From an uncultured Gammaproteobacteria bacterium (GTDB lineage Bacteria > Pseudomonadota > Gammaproteobacteria > JAURND01), in NCBI GenBank assembly GCA_963714975.1, contig CAVQQD010000003.1, positions 160,001-224,000 on the forward strand: 64,000 nt of DNA, read 5' to 3'. The translations under genes were made by a program, and so were the position numbers. This document shows, one piece after another, positions 10,333 to 19,393 of the stretch. Position 1 is the first letter of the stretch. Each line of letters begins with the position of its first letter. The notes below the pieces were generated by a model. It was not told the origin of the DNA. It did not search any database and saw only the letters and a list, made by a program, of their open reading frames with translations.

Positions 10333-12036
10333 TCAAGCAAGCATCGCAAGTTTTTGCATCAAGTGATTTTGTAACCACAACCAACGACGGTAAATTTCGC
10401 CAGATAAAGTAGTGGCGATTTGTCGGGCTATATCACCAGAATATTTAAGCATTCGTGCATTATTTTCCGTCATTAACAGCGTTAAATATTGTTCACTCAG
10501 TCCGGCGCCACCAAGCAAAGGATCTAAATCATTGGCCACAAAATTTTCCCAGGTGAGGCTAGCATCATAGCCAAAACGAGCAAATGCCAAATAATTTATT
10601 TCATTGACAGTATTAAATGCACTGGCCTCACCGAAAATGCTCGCACCTTTCATTCCAGTGTCATAAGAAAGACGCATCATTGCAGCATAACGTTGTGCAA
10701 TTAGCTCATAGCGTTCCCCTTGCCATTGCGAGCCCATATGGGTGCGTAAAATATTCTTAGAATGTGGTAGTTTTTTAATGTATTCATTTGTAAGAGCAGC
10801 TTGCAACTTAGGCCAGTAAGAGCGATTAATACAAAATTGATAAACGGCTTCGTCTGGTAGATCAGCCAAAGCAGAAAGCTGATCTAAATCTAGTAGATTA
10901 TCCCAGTAAGACTCACAAACCAGCCACAAATTTTCGCTATTATTACCTTGTCGCGCTGCTGCGAATAAACGAGGGTACAGCAAAGCCATATCGGCTAGAG
11001 ACCACTGCAGATTTACTGCGCGCCTTTTTGTGCAGTCAGTGCATTGACATGCCCCATAATCACCGGTTTCAAAATTAATACCCCCAATAGCAAAGGTCTC
11101 AGTCAGCCATTGTATGGCTTCAATATGATACTCATGGTTTGCAGTTTTAGAAGGGCAGGCAGCGTCTAAATAATGGGTTTCCGGTATATACAGTTTAACA
11201 AAATCAGGTAATTCAAATACTTTTAGCGGATCGAACTGTGCGCGCAGACTAGGATTCTGACGTAGCCACTGCGATAAATTATAATGATGTTTGCCTTCCC
11301 AATAAATCCCACCATAAGAATTGATGCCAACACCAGGCAAAATACGGACCCCACGCTCATTGGCGTAGCGGCATATTTCCTGTGCAGCAGCAATGCCCCC
11401 ATGACTATCACGTAAAAAACCGTAGATAGTGACGCCATTAATCCGATTTAGGCTCATAAAATCAATGAGCCGCTGATAATCCTGTAAGAAACCCTCTTCT
11501 GGTTTTAAATAGGGATTAGCAAATCCAATATCTTGCTGCCCATTCTGAGTTAAAAACCAATTAGTGCTGTGATCCCAGGTCCAGAATAATCGATAAGGTA
11601 GAGCGGGTGATTGCTGCAAATCTAAAAGCGGTATAGTGATCTCATTAGCAGACATTTTCAGATGCTTAAGCCCTAATTCATTGATTGCATAAATCGCACC
11701 CGCGAGACCGCAACCATTAATAAGCAATGCAGGAGCATGATGAAGCTTCCCAGTCTGGATGGAAAAACTACCTTCGCTTTGAGCGGTGTTGAGGTGTGTA
11801 GGATTGGTAACGGTTAACCATAGGGTTAGGTGAGGATGATTTTTTATTTCAGCATACTCGGAATGCTTAGCTACCTGTATGGATGAGTTTGGAAAATACT
11901 GCTTTAATAAGCGGATTATGTGCGTATAACTATACTGTTGATCAACCAAGAGGTTAATCACTGAGCCGCTTGTGGGTAAATGCACAGGTCCAATTTCTTT
12001 GGAGTAATGCTCAATTGTGGGCATTGTGATATCCAT
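10333..12036 (-). CDS. Hypothetical glycoside-hydrolase-like protein (GH20-like N-domain plus TIM barrel)
   Basis: EGSFSI...LLING...GAIYA, P.LPYR and Y.RLIDFM...RIN motifs; ATG at 12036 directly follows the SDR stop. Confidence 0.5.
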   Translation of the reverse strand: MDITMPTIEHYSKEIGPVHLPTSGSVINLLVDQQYSYTHIIRLLKQYFPNSSIQVAKHSEYAEIKNHPHLTLWLTVTNPTHLNTAQSEGSFSIQTGKLHHAPALLINGCGLAGAIYAINELGLKHLKMSANEITIPLLDLQQSPALPYRLFWTWDHSTNWFLTQNGQQDIGFANPYLKPEEGFLQDYQRLIDFMSLNRINGVTIYGFLRDSHGGIAAAQEICRYANERGVRILPGVGINSYGGIYWEGKHHYNLSQWLRQNPSLRAQFDPLKVFELPDFVKLYIPETHYLDAACPSKTANHEYHIEAIQWLTETFAIGGINFETGDYGACQCTDCTKRRAVNLQWSLADMALLYPRLFAAARQGNNSENLWLVCESYWDNLLDLDQLSALADLPDEAVYQFCINRSYWPKLQAALTNEYIKKLPHSKNILRTHMGSQWQGERYELIAQRYAAMMRLSYDTGMKGASIFGEASAFNTVNEINYLAFARFGYDASLTWENFVANDLDPLLGGAGLSEQYLTLLMTENNARMLKYSGDIARQIATTLSGEIYRRWLWLQNHLMQKLAMLA

Positions 12037-12037
12037 T

Positions 12038-12807
12038 TCAAAATCCTTCTGGCATCTGATGGATATAATCCCCGTTATCCTTTTCAACTGCTTTGGGATC
12101 TAACCTAAGTTTTTTAACAAAGTTATCCGCAAAACTCATCTGTAGTGATATCTTCAATTCCTTGTTCGATTCCGTCAAAGATGCGAACTGCTGCATTAGC
12201 AGGAGTTTCTTTCGAAGCTCCACCCCATCAGCCATATCTGTATCGATTGGCCCGGGATAAATACCAAAAACTGAAACGCCATGACGTGCATCAATTCTGC
12301 TCTTACCGATTGTGTTAGGGAGTGAGCTGCAGCTTTCGAGGCTGAGTATGTGGCACACAAAGGAAAAGAAGACAATCCCCCAATAGAGATAATATTTGCT
12401 ATGGCGGCATTTTGATTTTTGATAAGAGTTTTGCAAAAAGCACGAATGAGATTAAGTCGGCCCAAAATAATTAACTTCGAGTTCTTGCCTTGCTATTTGT
12501 TCACTATAGTTAAAGCAAATGCCCGAATATCCCGCAAATCCTGCATTGTTGATTAAAATCTGGGTATCGCTGGCTGCTTGTGCAACTTGGTCAGTTTCAT
12601 CTTATTTGTTACATCCAAACTTAGCGGAACAACGATTCCTGGGTACTGGGAAGCTAGACTATCGAGTTGAGAAATATTTCTTGCTGTTGCGTAAACCTTT
12701 TTGGCGCCTCTTTTAACTGCTTCTTCCACTAGGGCGCGTCCTATACCTCTCTTACGATTAGCTCCTGTTATGAAAATAATTGAGTTTTTCACTACAATGT
12801 TTGACAT
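12038..12807 (-). pseudogene. Frameshifted second copy of the SDR
   Basis: Three ORF pieces match 7408-8175; upstream region is near-identical to 8176-8330. Confidence 0.8.
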
Positions 12808-13031
12808 TTTGTTTTCCTTTATGGATCAAGTAGGGTGATTCTTTTGATGAAGTGTCACCGTATTATATATCTAGAACGGGATACATAGTAAAGGCAACTT
12901 TTTTTAGTATTGTGAGTTAAACTCTCGTTGAGTATTGGATATTAAGTTCTGGTTGTTATCCATGTACAGATAATCTTGCTCAACAGATTTACCGGCGTAT
13001 TAGCCTATGTCCACATAATTAGGAGGAGGTA

Positions 13032-13256
13032 ATGAACCAAAGCCTTAAAACTTATCAATTTACTTTAATCTTAAAGGACGTCAATGCGAACGCTCCTAAT
13101 CTTGAAGATAGCCTATATGAAGCAGGTTGCGATGATGCACTAATTAATTCAAGGAATGGTGTAGTTTCCCTGGATTTTAACAGGGCAGCCGCTTCTTTAG
13201 AGGAAGCTGTTATGGGCGCTATTAAAGATGTTGTTGCAAATCTGCTGTTTCTATAG
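13032..13256 (+). pseudogene. Truncated copy of the HicB-like antitoxin
   Basis: Matches the N-terminal part of 6677-7243; lacks the HTH. Confidence 0.8.
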
Positions 13257-13288
13257 TTCACGATTTTGTTGTAAATCCCGTCTCTTGT

Positions 13289-13317
13289 TTGACAGAAAAT
13301 GTAAGATGTCATACAAT
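13289..13317 (+). promoter_or_regulatory. Sigma70 promoter of the phd–vapC module (second copy at 8347-8375)
   Basis: TTGACA – 17 bp – TACAAT, with a tgaca...tgtca inverted repeat. Confidence 0.65.
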
Positions 13318-13386
13318 TGCATAAGTTTAATGCTAAATTGTAAGTTAAAGTTGGTTTTAAAGAATGGAGATATAGGAGATATATGT

Positions 13387-13638
13387 ATGCTGCTGCAACA
13401 AGTAAGCCTTCGTGAGGCAAATCAACACCTTTCTCATTATATTGATGAAGTAGAGCAAGGAGCCGAAATTATTATTACTAGGCGTGGTCAACCTGTGGCT
13501 CGGTTATTACCTATTGCCAAAAAACGTAAATTAACACACACGCAACAGAAAACATGGGATAACTTGCTAAAAAAATTGCGTAAGGGCTATTCTTTGGGTG
13601 GGGGAAAATTTAATCGAGATCGCGCGCATGAGCGTTGA
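13387..13638 (+). CDS. Phd/YefM antitoxin (copy 2)
   Basis: Phd motif; overlaps the PIN gene start. Confidence 0.88.
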   Translation: MLLQQVSLREANQHLSHYIDEVEQGAEIIITRRGQPVARLLPIAKKRKLTHTQQKTWDNLLKKLRKGYSLGGGKFNRDRAHER

Positions 13639-14068
13639 ACGTATTACATTAGATACCAATATCCTCGTTTACGCTGCCAATGCTGATGCTGGTGAACGTC
13701 ATCATTTAGCGATAAAAGTTTTGGAGCGCGCTATCCAATGTGATTGCATGTTAACTCTTCAATCATTGAGCGAATTTTTTGCTGTTGTGACCCGCAAGGG
13801 TATGTTATCGAGCACTCTAGCAACCGATCACGTTAACGAATTAGCAGAAGTTTTCCCAGTTATTACAGCAAAACAGCGTAGTTTAAAATTAGCTATGGAC
13901 GTAGTAACCGAACAAAAAATCTCTTTTTGGGATGCTATGTTATGGGCTACTGCGCATGATGCCGGTATTACTCTCTTGCTCAGTGAAGATTTTCAGCATG
14001 GACAGCTCATCAAACGCGTTAGAATAATTAATCCGTTTATACCCAATGATTTTTGGTGTGTTGTGTAA
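13628..14068 (+). CDS. vapC: PIN-domain VapC toxin
   Basis: LDTNILVYA, Q.L.EF, SFWDAMLWA, LLSEDFQHG, INPF. Confidence 0.9.
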   Translation: MSVERITLDTNILVYAANADAGERHHLAIKVLERAIQCDCMLTLQSLSEFFAVVTRKGMLSSTLATDHVNELAEVFPVITAKQRSLKLAMDVVTEQKISFWDAMLWATAHDAGITLLLSEDFQHGQLIKRVRIINPFIPNDFWCVV

Positions 14069-14085
14069 GGAAGTCTTGACATTTG

Positions 14086-14616
14086 TTATGAAATTTTTTC
14101 CATAATAAATCGTATTCGTTCATCCGGGGGCACGCAGGGAACTTCTATTAATTCATAGCCATAGTCCTTATAAATAATACAAACCTCGTCACCAAAAGCT
14201 TTGGCTGCTGCAAAAGACATAAGGCGCTCCTCATCCGTGGTGTAGATTTCTTGCCAAGCTGGGAAAACAAAAACATGAGGATTATAACGATATAAATTAG
14301 CTGCATTTTGTGCTGGCAGATAGTTTAGTCCAAATAATTTTGCATAAGCAATGTTGTCGGGCACTCCTCTGTCATAAATAACTGTGCCGTTCATATCCTG
14401 CATTTGCTTATATTGATACATGGCCCGCGATAGCATTAACTGAGTAAAAAGTTTTGGATTTCGTTCGGGCACGCCCTCATCAGCAATACTGCGTTGTTCA
14501 GCTAGAATTTGTCTCGCAGGTTCCTCTACTACTGTAATACCTCGTGCTTTTAACAATTTGAGTACTGTAGATTTTCCACTGCCCATTGCTCCTGTAATAA
14601 TGATATTGTTAGTCAT
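14086..14616 (-). CDS. AAA_28-type P-loop ATPase / nucleotide kinase-like protein
   Basis: ITGAMGSGKST, EPAR, YDRGVPD, IY.TD.ER. Confidence 0.8.
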   Translation of the reverse strand: MTNNIIITGAMGSGKSTVLKLLKARGITVVEEPARQILAEQRSIADEGVPERNPKLFTQLMLSRAMYQYKQMQDMNGTVIYDRGVPDNIAYAKLFGLNYLPAQNAANLYRYNPHVFVFPAWQEIYTTDEERLMSFAAAKAFGDEVCIIYKDYGYELIEVPCVPPDERIRFIMEKIS

Positions 14617-14676
14617 AATTATGCACCCCCCGTAGATTCAGTAAGAATTCTAGTGTCTGTTATTAAAGCCTCAAGT

Positions 14677-14714
14677 TCCCCCTGCCCCTTTTTTTGAAAA
14701 ACAGGGGGGGGGGG
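14677..14714. terminator. C-rich/G-rich hairpin (CCCCTTT...AAA..GGGG family)
   Basis: tccccctgcccctttttttgaaaaacaggggggggggg; same style as 2867-2937 and 18862-18900. Confidence 0.45.
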
Positions 14715-14765
14715 TTAAAGAGGTTGGCAACTACACGGCCAACGAACGGCGGCATTTTTTAATTC

Positions 14766-15257
14766 TCAAAAAAAATAACCTGCCGGTGGCTGCGAGAACA
14801 CTAATCTATTTAGCACTTTCTGACACAGTTCATATAAAACAGGCTTGTGGAGAAATCCCGTTAATCCTATTTCTCGCGCTTGAGTTTTTAGTTTTTCATC
14901 GCCATGCGCGGTGGCAATGAGAATTGGCGTCTGGCTATTAAAGCCAGGGCTGTGACGAAATTGGCGCGCAACTTCCATGCCATTTATATCCGGTAGACCA
15001 AGATCACAGACGATTAACTGATAGGGATTATGCAGCTTCTCCAAAGCAACTAGCCCACAATTGGCTATATCCACCTGACAACCAAGCTGTTTAAAGGAGC
15101 CACTGATTGCGCGGGTTGCCATCGGTTCGTCTTCAACGAGTAAAATATTGATAGTCATACCAAAGTTTTTTATTTTGGTAGTGGAATCAACCAGGGGAGG
15201 ACGCTGACTTGGTTGACTAAAGCATTTAAAAGCGGGTTTGGTGTTATTATCATTCAT
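14766..15257 (-). CDS. Single-domain response regulator receiver
   Basis: LLVEDE, CDLGLPD, TAH, KP motifs. Confidence 0.88.
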   Translation of the reverse strand: MNDNNTKPAFKCFSQPSQRPPLVDSTTKIKNFGMTINILLVEDEPMATRAISGSFKQLGCQVDIANCGLVALEKLHNPYQLIVCDLGLPDINGMEVARQFRHSPGFNSQTPILIATAHGDEKLKTQAREIGLTGFLHKPVLYELCQKVLNRLVFSQPPAGYFF

Positions 15258-15346
15258 GAGTATGCTCCTGGATTTATAGAAGAAACGAACAACGAATCAA
15301 GGAAGCGGCAGCAGAGGGTTTTATAGGTGAGGGCAAAGACCTCTTT

Positions 15347-15416
15347 CGTCATCCCTGCAGGATGCGAAACTTTCACATCCCTATGCCCTGGATCCCGGCT
15401 CCATGCCGGGACGACG
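15347..15416. repeat. CGTC-type palindromic element, internally shortened, intergenic
   Basis: cgtcatccctgcaggatgcgaaactttcacatccctatgccctggatcccggctccatgccgggacgacg. Confidence 0.85.
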
Positions 15417-15814
15417 GGAGCGCCTAAGCCCTACCTATTTCCTCTGCTACCAGCTTACCTCCTCATGCCCTGAATGCCAGTCACTAAAAAACCCACGGCA
15501 AATCCCTACCTGATGCCAGCAACACCGCTGAGGCATTCGAGGAAAATCATTTAGTAGGGATTCGTTGCTCCAGGCGCGAAACATCCGCCCAACGCAATGC
15601 AGGTGAAAAAAAGTGACAAGCGCACAGAAAAGAGTTTTACGCGAAAGCGTAATCGAGTAAGCTTCTAGAGTCACTGCGGACCTCCTTATGCAAGGTTCGT
15701 TGCTGGAAGTGCCTCAAGAATGTTTCAGCATTCTTTTGGCGCGGCCGTGGGCACTGCCCACGGTTATCGCTATTATTCACCGGCTTTTTATCAAAAGCAA
15801 ACTTTTTATTAAGG

Positions 15815-16441
15815 ATGGCTTATATTTCGATGACTATCATTATTGAAACTGAACGACTTTATTTACGTACCTGGTCATTGGGTGATGCAGAGCCCTATTG
15901 GGCAATCAACCAAGATCCAAAAGTGATTGAATTTTTAGGTGGTCCGTTAACGATGGAGCAGGTCAATCAAACTATCACTGCTGTGAACCTCCAGCAAGAA
16001 AAGCTGGGATTTAGCTTATGGGCTGCAGAATTGAAATCAACAGCAGAATTAATCGGATATATTGGATTGAATAGTACCGATTTTTTAGAGCCTTACGGGG
16101 CTCCGTTTACCCCAGCCGTTGAGGTGGGTTGGCGCTTAGGTTCACAGTATTGGGGAAATGGTTATGCGACAGAGGGCGCCAGAGCTGCATTGGGCTTTGG
16201 GTTTAATACGATTGGATTGGCTGAAATTGTATCGTTTACCGTGCCAATGAATTATCGCTCCATTCGCGTCATGGAAAAAATTGGTTTACAACGAGATTGG
16301 AATGGCGATTTTCGTCATCCTAAGTTGGCTTTAGAACATCCTTTGTCGCAGCATATTTTATATCGACTGAAGAAAGTTGATTGTCTGGATAAATCTTTAA
16401 GAGCCTGTTCAAATAAATCGGGTATCCGCGGAGTTGAGTAG
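15815..16441 (+). CDS. GNAT (RimJ/RimL) N-acetyltransferase; start may be 15830
   Basis: IETERLYLR, VEVGWRL...YWGNGYATEGA, N.RSIRVMEKIG. Confidence 0.9.
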   Translation: MAYISMTIIIETERLYLRTWSLGDAEPYWAINQDPKVIEFLGGPLTMEQVNQTITAVNLQQEKLGFSLWAAELKSTAELIGYIGLNSTDFLEPYGAPFTPAVEVGWRLGSQYWGNGYATEGARAALGFGFNTIGLAEIVSFTVPMNYRSIRVMEKIGLQRDWNGDFRHPKLALEHPLSQHILYRLKKVDCLDKSLRACSNKSGIRGVE

Positions 16442-16447
16442 TCACAT

Positions 16448-16477
16448 TTGCTGGCCGAATGTGTGCATCGGATAGCT
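16448..16477. repeat. 30-bp MITE end identical to 17849-17878
   Basis: ttgctggccgaatgtgtgcatcggatagct. Confidence 0.9.
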
Positions 16478-16480
16478 TCC

Positions 16481-17428
16481 TTAATCAGTAAATACATCAT
16501 CTAAAGCTCTAGCATCAAGTACACGCTCCCCCCACAATAGGAGAGTGTCAGCATCTGCTTGCTGAACGCGATTCAAATAATTAGAAGGTACCTGATGAAA
16601 GCGACGCTGCAGTTGCCGAATTAATAAGATAGATTCCCCTTGTTGAATCCCAATGCGTTGGGCAGTATTTATATAATTCATATGTTTTTCCTCTTCGATA
16701 AGTGTTACGGCCTGATTGTATATTGGTTCCAATTCTTTGGGAAGGGTAATCAGCCAATCAATCAGATTATATAATTGAATAATATCTGTTTTATTATAGC
16801 CTTTCTCATATAGTTGACTGGTAAGGTCGATCTTAGCCTTTAAGCGCGCTTCACTATCTCTCTGTGTTTCTAATACAATTAATTGTGCCAGCATTATCAT
16901 TGCGAAATGATTGTTGATAGATTCAAGCTCTTGTCGACGGTTTCGATAGTCCCATAATTTTATTACCAGATAACGAATTTCAAGATAGGTATCAAAACAT
17001 TGCTCGCGATGATAATCGATTCGCCAATTGTGATCATCATCAATCAAGATTGCAATGCTGAGGATAGGCAATTGATATAAATCATAAGTACGGCAGCGAT
17101 ACACCATCATCCGTTTTGGTAATTTTCTTCTTTTAGGGCTTCTCTCGACTTCAATGTGGCACACAATCAACGTTGGGTCGCCATTTTTCATCCACACTTT
17201 AATTAATTTATCAGCATTGCGATTACCAATTTTTGCGCCACGCGAGATAGTGGTGAAATCTTTATCCCGCGATTCATAGTCTTTAGTCCAATCAATTTGT
17301 TCTGCGATATGAGGAAAACAAAATTCCATAAAATCACGAAAATAAAGGCCCAAGCCTTGTTTCCAGGGGCTGTCATAATCGGGGCGAGTAATTTGTTTTT
17401 TAGTAGGTGCTATTGTCTCGATATTCAT
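16481..17428 (-). CDS. Rpn/YhgA-like PD-(D/E)XK nuclease with DUF4351-type C-terminus
   Basis: DYDSPWK, ADKLIKVW, HIEVE, RM..Y..R.YD, IDWLITLP, LIRQLQRRF...W..R.L.A..L.DVF. Confidence 0.85.
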   Translation of the reverse strand: MNIETIAPTKKQITRPDYDSPWKQGLGLYFRDFMEFCFPHIAEQIDWTKDYESRDKDFTTISRGAKIGNRNADKLIKVWMKNGDPTLIVCHIEVERSPKRRKLPKRMMVYRCRTYDLYQLPILSIAILIDDDHNWRIDYHREQCFDTYLEIRYLVIKLWDYRNRRQELESINNHFAMIMLAQLIVLETQRDSEARLKAKIDLTSQLYEKGYNKTDIIQLYNLIDWLITLPKELEPIYNQAVTLIEEEKHMNYINTAQRIGIQQGESILLIRQLQRRFHQVPSNYLNRVQQADADTLLLWGERVLDARALDDVFTD

Positions 17429-17571
17429 CTGCTCATCTTAGAATAGAATCAAGCTTCCACAATACCGTAGTGGTGCTACTCTGTGCATAGCGACTGAAGA
17501 GTGGCTTATATTATTTTGAACTTCGCAGTATGCTTTCTGCACTAGACAAACATAATTTCCCCCTTTGAAAA

Positions 17572-17878
17572 AGCTATCCGATGCACATATTTCCCCATGC
17601 TTTTGTGGGGTGGCCACTAGACTTTTTGGTTAAACCTAGATTCGGCAGTAGAAACCGTAGCGAGAGGGATTAAGACGTTGAAGATCTTGATTATTTTTAA
17701 ATTTTTTTCTTGAAGGCGTACTCACCCGTACGGTGAAAGAAAAAAATATAAAAATAAGCGGGAGATTCAATGTATTAAGTCCTCGCAGTAGGTTTCTACT
17801 GCCGAATCTAGGTTAAATCTGTGGTATCCGCTGAATAGTCCTATTTTCTTGCTGGCCGAATGTGTGCATCGGATAGCT
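17572..17878. mobile_element. MITE with 20-bp TIRs containing a nested second MITE
   Basis: agctatccgatgcacatatt vs the reverse complement of the right end, agctatccgatgcacacatt (19/20). Confidence 0.75.
17633..17814. mobile_element. 182-bp palindromic MITE (RPE-like) with 24-bp perfect TIRs
   Basis: aacctagattcggcagtagaaacc / ggtttctactgccgaatctaggtt; interior also symmetric around gtac-tcacccgtac. Confidence 0.85.
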
Positions 17879-18017
17879 CCTTGCGGAAGAGAGATCAATA
17901 ACGCTTAGGTGTGCATTTTTCTTTTGATTATTTTGCAGGTAAGAGTATACTCTGGTTTTACCAGAACCCAAAAAGTAGTTCAAGTCAATAACAATAAATT
18001 AAAACAGGGGGAAACTT

Positions 18018-18794
18018 ATGGAGGATAAAAAAAGCACTTTGCCGCAGCAAAGCACGACGAGTTTGTTAGAAAAGGCATTGGCAAATAGAAACAATCCAGA
18101 TAATGCAATTATCAAAGAATTATTCAATAGAAAATTTGAAACTGAAGAACAAGCACAACAAATAATCAACCTAGGTAAAGAACTTGCCGGCGAGGGCAAT
18201 GCCGAGGCCCAATTTCAATTGGGGCGCTGCATTGAAACCAACAAAGTAGTTTTTGCGGATGACCCCGCGGATGACTCCAATGAAATGATGAGATTGTATA
18301 AATTAGCTGCTGATCAAGGTTTAGCAGACGCCCAATACAGTTGGGGCCTCAATCAATGCTGCTGGGGTAGTCAAGAAAACCGAGAAGAAGGGTTGAGGAT
18401 GTGTCTGCTAGCTGCCCTACAAGGTCATATAGAAGCATGGCAGGCACTATCTGATTTAGGTCGGTCTCGCAAAGGTCTTGCCGAGGTAGCTTATAAGTTA
18501 GCAGAAAAAATTGTTTTTGAAAAACGACTTACCAAGTGTGAACAAGACAAGCAATTACTAGGAGAACAATTAAAGATTTTACAGGAAAATTTTGATCGCT
18601 ATCTTCCAAAAGAAAGTAAAAAAATCGCAGCTGTGGAAGAAGATATAAACCAGATGTGGTTCACAACAAAGGATACTTTTTTTAATAGTCAACAACCTAC
18701 AGACCAAAAGCTCGTTATTCAGTCTACGGAAGAGAGCGTTCAAAAAAAGGAATCGATGGTCTCAAGCCTTTCGAAGCTCAACTTAACCGAATAA
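18018..18794 (+). CDS. Sel1-repeat protein with coiled-coil tail; candidate secreted effector
   Basis: GNAEAQFQLG, AADQGLADAQYSWG, AALQGHIEA. Confidence 0.75.
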   Translation: MEDKKSTLPQQSTTSLLEKALANRNNPDNAIIKELFNRKFETEEQAQQIINLGKELAGEGNAEAQFQLGRCIETNKVVFADDPADDSNEMMRLYKLAADQGLADAQYSWGLNQCCWGSQENREEGLRMCLLAALQGHIEAWQALSDLGRSRKGLAEVAYKLAEKIVFEKRLTKCEQDKQLLGEQLKILQENFDRYLPKESKKIAAVEEDINQMWFTTKDTFFNSQQPTDQKLVIQSTEESVQKKESMVSSLSKLNLTE

Positions 18795-18800
18795 ATCGGT

Positions 18801-18900
18801 CACCAATTCTCGCTGAAACCCTATTCCTCCGACGGGTCCTGCCGCTGCGGCACCCCACCACAATCCCCCTACCCCTTTGAAAAAGGGGGTAGGGGGATTT
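18801..18900. mobile_element. Left half of the MITE seen at 2798-2988; its hairpin lies between convergent genes
   Basis: aattctcgctgaaaccct...gggtcctgccgctgcggcaccccacca...aatccccctacccc...ggggtagggggattt. Confidence 0.75.
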
Positions 18901-18929
18901 AAAAAGAATACTAACATTATTTTCAGAAG

Positions 18930-19286
18930 TTACCTTCTTCCTTTTGTTAAGGATAGTTTAAATAGTTTTTTCGCTCGAGCACTTTCTTGCGTGTGATTGA
19001 CCATTGGGTTGGGGTAATCTTTAATTGCAACGCCTTGATGGATTTGTGTAGGATTTAATTGTGCCAATTCTGGCAACCAGCGTTTGATATAAACACAGTC
19101 TGGGTCAAATTTAGCTTGTTGTAGCCAAGGATTAAAGGCACGAAAGTAGGGTTGTGGATCGCAGCCGGTTGAGGCGCACCATTGCCAATTGCATAGCTGG
19201 GTTGCCTTAAAAAATAAAGGTCGATGAAAAAGAGCCTTGGCATTATTTGCCTCTAGGGTTGATCTTGCAACCCACAGAGTTGGCAA
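18930..19286 (-). pseudogene. C-terminal fragment of a DNA photolyase
   Basis: NWQWCASTGCD.QPYFR.FNP..Q..KFDP...YIKRW.PEL; N-terminal domains absent. Confidence 0.8.
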
Positions 19287-19393
19287 AACAAAACAATGGG
19301 GCTGTTGCTGGCTTGAAATAATTTGTTTTCTTTACTAAAATCTTACCTCAGTCTATGAATATTCAATTAATGACCATCAAGAGAAAGTAAAAA

